The notes below the pieces were generated by a model. The model ran no database searches, was not told the origin of the DNA, and saw only the letters and a list, made by a program, of their open reading frames with translations. This document shows, in pieces, positions 57,409 to 64,000 of a DNA stretch of 64,000 nucleotides. The position numbers and the translations under genes were made by a program. How positions within the stretch are numbered: position 1 is the stretch's first letter; the number at the start of each line of letters is the position of its first letter. Source of the stretch: Massalongia carnosa (Eukaryota); assembly GCA_965645245.1 (NCBI GenBank), contig OZ287085.1, positions 1,116,001 to 1,180,000 on the forward strand. The letters run 5' to 3'.

Positions 57409-58509
57409 ATGGCACCCCGACGTGCGACTTCAGCTGTGGTCAGAGGTAATTCCTCTGGAAACAACGAGTCGGACACAGTGGAAAACACGCCCGACTCCGG
57501 GACGACTAACCCGCCTCTGTCCTCCCTGGACGATATGCAACGTGAATTGGATGAGATAAACGCCCAAAGAAAACGCGCCCAGCTGGCTACTAGTCTAGAA
57601 AAAGCCAGAGCAGACAGAGACGCCGGATTCCCCGCCGAACCCCTCCCGACGACGTTGACTATTCGTCCTAAGGAAATCGACCCATTGAGTCTTGAAAAAT
57701 CGTTCAAGACTGCTGACCCAAAGACCTATACAGGAACTAACCAGAAGGACTACGAATAATTCGTCAGAGAATGTCTTCGTACCTTCAATCAAATACCCAT
57801 CACCTATGAAAAGAACACAACAAAGATCTTGTATGGGGAGAATTATATTGGAGGAACTCCAGCAGATGACTAGCATAGAGAGAAGCCCACACTTGATGAA
57901 TCTTCTCTTACATGGAAATATTATGTTGACTTTCTCCAGGAAAAGCTAAAACCAAAACATCTTCGTCTATTGGATCTCGGAGGACAATTGAAGAAATTAA
58001 AACAACGACTAGAACAAACAGTGTCGGAGTTAGTTTCTTATCTCGACACACTGGAAGATCAACTTCCAGAAAGACCTTCCGAATCACAAAGACATAGTAA
58101 TCTTCTACATTCTCTTCATGATTATCTACAGAGAGCTATTATTCGAGCTAATTCTCAGGGCACAACACGACTTGCATTAATTGAAGCGGCCCGAGTAGCA
58201 GAAAGAGTGGAACCTAAACCCGATTTCGTTCGGAACGCCACTCGTCCCCATCATCGATCTACAAACGAAGAAAGGCCGCAGAGGGCCCCGAGTCACCAAC
58301 GAACCGTGACCTACAACAAGGCGTCGAGTTCAAAGACGAGCGAAACTTCCGAGGCTAGTCCCGCTCAAGCAGCCGTTACCTCCCCGAGTCGTAAACGACC
58401 CCGAGAAGACACCAGCGACTCTCCAAAAATCATTTGTTGGAATTGTGGTAAGAAGGGTCATAAAAAATCTGACTGTCGAGCCCCAACAAGGAAGACGGGA
58501 AAAGCCTAG
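57409..58509 (+). pseudogene. gag: Gag of Gypsy-D with two in-frame stops
   Basis: Single frame with stops at 57757 and about 57871, LKQRLEQTVSEL and CCHC CWNCGKKGHKKSDC. Confidence 0.85.
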
Positions 58510-61500
58510 AGTCAGTCGATATTGCCTCGATTGTGTTGGCTCGTCAAAAGAGAGGTGAAAAAATAAGTCACTTATTTACTATGATAACTTTATATCTAGG
58601 ACAAGTCATATTACGAATTCGGGCCATGATTGACTGCGGTTCGACATGGAATTTCGTGTCACAACTCAAGGTCAAAGAACTCGGCATCCGATTCACCCCC
58701 GACTCGCCACCGCCGTCCGATTTAAAGACTCTGGATGGAACACCTCTGCGTACCTATCGAAATCACTCCCTACTAGTTGGGGTTGTTGACAGTAGGGGTA
58801 TTGAGGATCGAACGGAACATAAGTTCGTGGGTGCTGACATGTTCGGGGTGGATATGATACTAGGCCTACCCTGGTTAAATTGGGTGGACCCGGTTATCCG
58901 CTGGCATGAGCGCAAATTGTTCCATGTTCGTCGGACCAAAAGTGGCGACGATAGGGCTTGTCTGCATGAGATTTTACCTCTCGAGACTGAAACGCCTGTA
59001 GAAGGGGGGGTTACCCCCCCCCCGAAGTAAAAATACCAGTAGTCAAGCGGACGTAGCGATGGTGAGCAGGGACAAAATTTGGGACATTTGTGAAAAGGAT
59101 GGAGTTCAGGCATTCCTTTTAGATATCGAGAAGCTCGATCGGGCAGGAACCGTAGTCGGTTCGGTGACTGAGGTTACAAATGAAATCCCTTCCAAATATT
59201 CAGATTTCCATGACATCTTTTCGAAAGATAATGCACAGAAGTTGCCTGAACATGGACCTCAGGATCATGCTATCAATACGGAAGGAAAACAGCCTCCATT
59301 CGGTCCAATATCAAATTTATCCTTGACCGAGTTACAAATATTACGGGAGTACCTCGACGAATATTTGGCCAAAGGATTTATAGTTCCTAGCACTTCATCG
59401 GCCGGTGCTCCTATTTTATTCGTCAAGAAAAAGGATAGTGGTCTGAGACTATGTGTTGATTATCAGGGACTGAACGCTATTACTATCAAAAATCGATATC
59501 CTTTACCCTTGATCATGAACCTATTAAATGTTCTTGTTGGCGCCGTCTACTTCACTAAACTCGATATCCGGGATGCATATCATAAAATCCGGGTACGGGC
59601 CGGTGACGAATGGAAAACGGCTTTTCGATGCAGGTACGGTCAATTTGAATACCGGGTTATGCCTTTCGGACTAGTCAACGCCCCTGCGTCATTCCAGGCC
59701 TACATAAACGAAGCCCTACGGGAATTTTTAGATGACTTTGTAGTGGTGTACTTGGACGACATTTTGATATTCCACAAATCGATGAAAGATCATACATTTC
59801 ATGTCCGACTAGTCCTGGAGAAATTACGGAAATTCAGTCTACAGGTGAAATTATCCAAGTGCCTCTTTGACCAAACTGAAATTGAATTTCTGGGATTTAT
59901 TGTAAATCGGAATGGTATATCTATGGACTCGTCTCGGGTGGCGACGATTATAGATTGGCCTGATCCCAAAAATCATCGAGATGTTCAAGTATTTCTCGGG
60001 TTTGCAAATTTCTATAGGCGATTTATCAACGAATTCTCGCGCATTGTGGCCGCCTTAACGACGCTACTAAAAGGGGGAAAGAAAGGAAAGTTCGATTTTA
60101 AATTCTCATTCACCGAAGAAGCAAGAGAAGCATTTCGTCGTCTCAAGCATGCTTTTATCACCGCTCCTATGTTATTGCATTTTGACCCTAAGCGGAAAAT
60201 TCAATTAGAGACGGACGCGTCCGGAGTCGCGATTTCAGCTATTTTATCACAATTGGTTGAAGCGACGGGACAGTGGCATCCTATTGCTTTTTGGTCAAGA
60301 AAAATGCATGCAGCCGAATTAAACTACGGTGTTGGCGAAACAGAAATGTTGGCCATTGTTGAAGCATGTAAGGAGTGGAGACATTATCATGAGGGGGCGA
60401 TATATTCGATTCGGGTAATAACCGATCATTGTAATCTTCGTACCTTTCTTACTACCAAAAATTTATCTAGACGAGAGGCGAGATGGTGGGAAAGACTTTC
60501 TAGTCTTGATCTCGTCATTGAATATCGTCCAGGTCGTCATAATCCAGCCGATGGACCCTCTAGACGCCCGGATTATATGGAAGAAAGGCACGACTTGTCT
60601 CATCAAGCCGGAGCTATAATTCCTGAAAGATTCGGGGGGGTCTTGGAGAGGAATCGGGGTGGGATAGAGGAGCTCATTACGTCAAATTAGACAATGGCCC
60701 TTGTGAATGATGAATCTCAAGTAGCTGACGATGCTATGGATTGGGAATCTACTATAAATGAATTATCAGACGGGGCAAATCGCAATTTAATGAGTCTACC
60801 CGTTGTCGACAAAAATTGTCGGAGTACTGCGCAGGCCCAACAAACCACTGAAGGAATTGGAATTGATTCGGCTGAAATTGTCGAAATTCCTGAAATTCTT
60901 GCGGTTGTTGGAAGAACTAAGGGGAAAAAATAGGGAAGTAGTTCCGATACCTCTTAGTTACACGAGAAATTGATTAATTTAAAATCAGTTGGACTCAAAC
61001 TCGTGGAAACTTCGGATGAGAAGTTTGAAATTTCTCGGGAAGAGATAAAAAATGTCTCTGAGAAAGACTCGGCGTTTGGGGCCGCCCCAATAGAAAACTA
61101 CGCACCGTTTTACAAATTCTGCAAGAGCCTGATCAACTAGTGCAGAAGAAACGGCCCTCCATCGCATCGTCGATAGATGAGGGGCGGAATTCTATAGGAC
61201 GACTACATGACGCGTCGAGGGATAAATCGGGGGGTAACGAAGACTCGTCAGGCTCTCAGCTCCAAGACGGGCGGGTGTCCGAGGGCGAAGTCGAAGGAGA
61301 CCTAGAAAAAACCCGATGGCACATGAAGGATAATATCCTATGCAGGGACAATAGGTGGTATATTCCCCCTGGTCTATTACGTGCTGAACTTTTGCGGCAG
61401 AATCATGATAATCCCAATGCGGGCCACTTTGGTTATTCCAGAACGTTGGAATTGATCCAGAGGAAATATTATTGGCCCGAAATGGTCAAGGATATCAAGC

Positions 61501-62705
61501 ATTATGTGGAAACGTGTACTCGTTGTCATCAAGTCAAATCGTCCAGACATAAGCCCTTCGGGTTATTAGAATCCCTACCCGTACCAAAAGGGCCTAGACA
61601 AAATTGGACGAGGGACTTCATAACGGATCTGCCCCCGAGTCTCCGCCGAACCGTGGCCTATGATGCGCTTCTTGTCATGGTGGATCGGTATACGAAATAT
61701 TCTCGATTTATTCCCGCACGAAAGGACTGGAATGCTGAAATCATGGCTGACGTCCTAGTGGAAGAAATATTTACCAAATTCGGTATGCCAGTGTCTATTG
61801 TCTCAGATAGGGGTAGTTTATTCACCTCAAAGTACTGGTCTCATTTCTGTTATCATTTGAGAATTCGACTCAGTTACAGTACAGCCTTTCATCCACAAAC
61901 AGATGGTCAAAACCGAGAGACAAAATAAGACACTGGAACAATATCTACGATGCTACGTCAATTATCAACAGGATGACTGGACTTACTGGTTACCCTTGGC
62001 TGAGTTCGCTTATAATAATAGCTTACATAGTGTCATAAAAATGACCCCCTTCGAAGCTATATTTGGAGAAGCGCCCAAATGGGAAGACGAAATTCTGACT
62101 GAAAAGGGGTCCGAGGTTCCTGCTGCACGCGTCCTGGCCACTGACATAATGGATAAAAGAAAACACCTGGAGAAATTATTACAAACAGCTTCAAGTACCC
62201 AGGCTAGATATTATGATCAGAAACATATTCCCAAGACGTATAATGTGGGTGATAAAGTCCTCCTGAACGCAAAAAATATTAAATCCACTCGTCCGTCCAA
62301 AAACTGGACTACAAATATTACGAGCCATACGAAATTGTCTCTCCTATAGGAAAACAGGCCTACAAACTCCAACTTTCCCCGTTATTGAAGGGCATTCATA
62401 ATGTGTTCTATGTTTCCCTATTGGAACCTTATAGATATGACCCGAACAAAATATCTGAATCACCTCTACCCATAGAAGTAGAAGGGGAAGAACAATGGGA
62501 GGTAGAACAGGTGCTGGATAGTAGAATTCACTATGGAAAACTCCAATATCTGGTGAAATGGATGGAATTTTCTGATACGGATAATCAATGGTTATCCGTC
62601 GAAGACATGGAAGGATCACAGGAATTAATTAATTCCTATCATAATCAATATCCGGGAAAACCGTCCAGAACTCCTACGAGGAAGAAAAGAAAATCGAAGG
62701 CATGA
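58497..62705 (+). pseudogene. pol: Pol of Gypsy-D, fragmented
   Basis: MIDCGS, YLDD, TDASG, HHCC, SDRGSLF and chromodomain EQWEVEQVLDSRIHYGKLQYLVKW spread over several ORFs by stops and frameshifts. Confidence 0.92.
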
Positions 62706-62859
62706 ACTATTTCCATTGGAGTCGAATGATCCAGAATCAGACTGCTATCTACCACACCACAACCACCTTCTCTCACCCCTTCACCCCCTTTTCAATCACC
62801 AAAATATCCTCCCCTGGAGGGCGTCCAACCTCTAATCCTGCCTAAAAGTGTCAAAAAAT

Positions 62860-63349
62860 GATTAAATTAATTCGACACTAGACCTCCCCCAAGAGATGAG
62901 CCACCGAGCTGCGGAAATTGACTGGAACCTTCCCAAATTAGACCAAATTTTCCTAACAGAGCTCCACCTACGGAGAACATTTATCCTTCTTCCGGCGACA
63001 CTCCCCACTCTTCCCCGACTCCTCGGACTACTCACAGGCGACAGGGTCGCCCCCAAGGGTCTGCTTGGCACACCGGAGGCAAACGCTTACCTCCGGGGTA
63101 GGCCCCACCCAAATGGGCGGGTAGAGGAGCGGAAAAGGGGGAGGCAGAGGGGAACCGCCACGAACCGGGGCGGAAACGGGTGGCGCGGCGGGGGGAAACC
63201 AAAACACCCAGGAAAACATGGTCCTGCGGACTAGGAGTGGTAGGGCGGCGGGGGCGAGGAGGGGGGGAAACGGCCGGGTGGGACCGCTTGGCCCGCGATG
63301 AACGGGCAGAAACCGGAACAACACGCCGAGGTTGTTTAGACCTCGGCAT
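62860..63349 (-). pseudogene. Decayed antisense ORF with a Zn2Cys6-like motif inside Gypsy-D
   Basis: Arg/Pro-rich N-terminus from the ATG at 63349, then in another frame CLRCAKQTLGGDPVACE*SEESGKSGECRRKKDKC (63081-62977), followed by intron-like GTAGGT...CTAAT...AAG (62971-62929). Confidence 0.5.
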
Positions 63350-64000
63350 GAGAGTTGATGATGGAGTGGTTGATGGTAAAGTGATGAAAGATTGATGAAA
63401 ATATGGAGTACGGAGTTGGGTGAGGTGATGTTTAAAGAGAAAGAAACAACGAACCCTACCTGTTGATATGAAAAGAAAGAAGAGACTAAGCCCAAAAAAG
63501 TTGGCACCGCCAGCAAGGTACGCTCAACAACAACGAAGGGTTAAGACTGATGAGACGTCATCAGAACAATAAGAAAGAGTTGAGACTTGGACTCATGACA
63601 GCAAGTATGACTTCTAGACTGAACACGGATAACGTGTGTCTGAAGATGCTATCCCTAGTACTCGGGCAGTACCCGGAACCACATGCGATATGAAGTTATA
63701 CAGAACTTTTACATCGGGCTCCTGAGGACATGAGCCCTAGAAGAAGGGTAATGTCAGGTCACGCACGTCCTGGCATAAGCGAATCGGTGGTTATAACCGA
63801 TCTCCGATCTCCGACTAGGACACGGCTCGTGTTCGTATTCTTCTTTTCATTGTACCAATCATAATTACTGTAATTAAATCAACGGACTCGCGACCCGAAG
63901 AAGTGGGGCTATCCCTTTGTCTGGCAATTTGGCAGCCACCTTAAATAGGCTTAGTGAGATACCGTAGGGCTGAGTCGCGAACTTCAAAACATTCTTGTTA

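Larger units (their letters stand above)
56627..63913 (+). mobile_element. Full-length Ty3/gypsy chromovirus (Gypsy-D), degenerate
   Basis: 5' LTR 56627-57257 (178 bp after removing the nested insert), 3' LTR 63752-63913 (16-nt deletion, about 7 substitutions), TSD CCTTC/CCTTT, PPT AGAAGAAGGGTAA. Confidence 0.9.
56435..64000. mobile_element. LTR of family X interrupted by Gypsy-D (right end not seen in window)
   Basis: 56435-56590 begins TGTCAAGGACT and aligns with the first about 155 bp of the solo LTR at 56771. The sequence presumably resumes after the TSD at 63918. Confidence 0.65.

Noticed and set aside
1..64000. Starship or other giant-element cargo region
   Set aside because: No tyrosine recombinase captain or element boundary is visible. 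An NLR plus a metabolic gene among TEs is not sufficient evidence.
1..64000. tRNA, rRNA or snRNA genes
   Set aside because: No cloverleaf with A and B boxes or rRNA signature found by eye. The GGGGCTATAG motifs at about 52410 and 57233 belong to LTR sequence.

Overview
Eukaryotic DNA from a filamentous ascomycete (inferred from short GT-AG introns with CTAAY-type branch points and fungal transposon families). The window is a dense nest of transposons around two intact host genes. One is an intronless stand-alone FluG-type glutamine-synthetase-like ligase (13686-15002, minus). The other is a six-exon fungal NLR of about 1622 aa (33379-38517, plus) with a helical N-terminus, a NACHT domain and 21 near-identical ankyrin repeats carrying hypervariable loop codons. 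Elements with readable termini or target-site duplications (TSDs): four Ty3/gypsy chromoviruses (two with intact ORFs, one with identical LTRs but a gag frameshift, one degenerate), one degenerate Ty1/copia, two non-coding copia-type LTR elements with internal tandem arrays, two Tc1/mariner, two pogo/Fot1 (one intact), one MULE split by an internally deleted hAT, an unclassified TIR element and several solo LTRs. Most notable: the codon-position-biased diversity and repeat shuffling in the NLR array, a decayed antisense Zn2Cys6-like gene inside a gypsy element, Tf1-type self-priming signals in all four gypsy elements, a half-tRNA-iMet PBS shared by three copia-type elements, and a CC/GG-biased mutational footprint. 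No RNA genes or CRISPR arrays are supported. All coordinates and counts were read by eye and no database search was run, so novelty is unverified.
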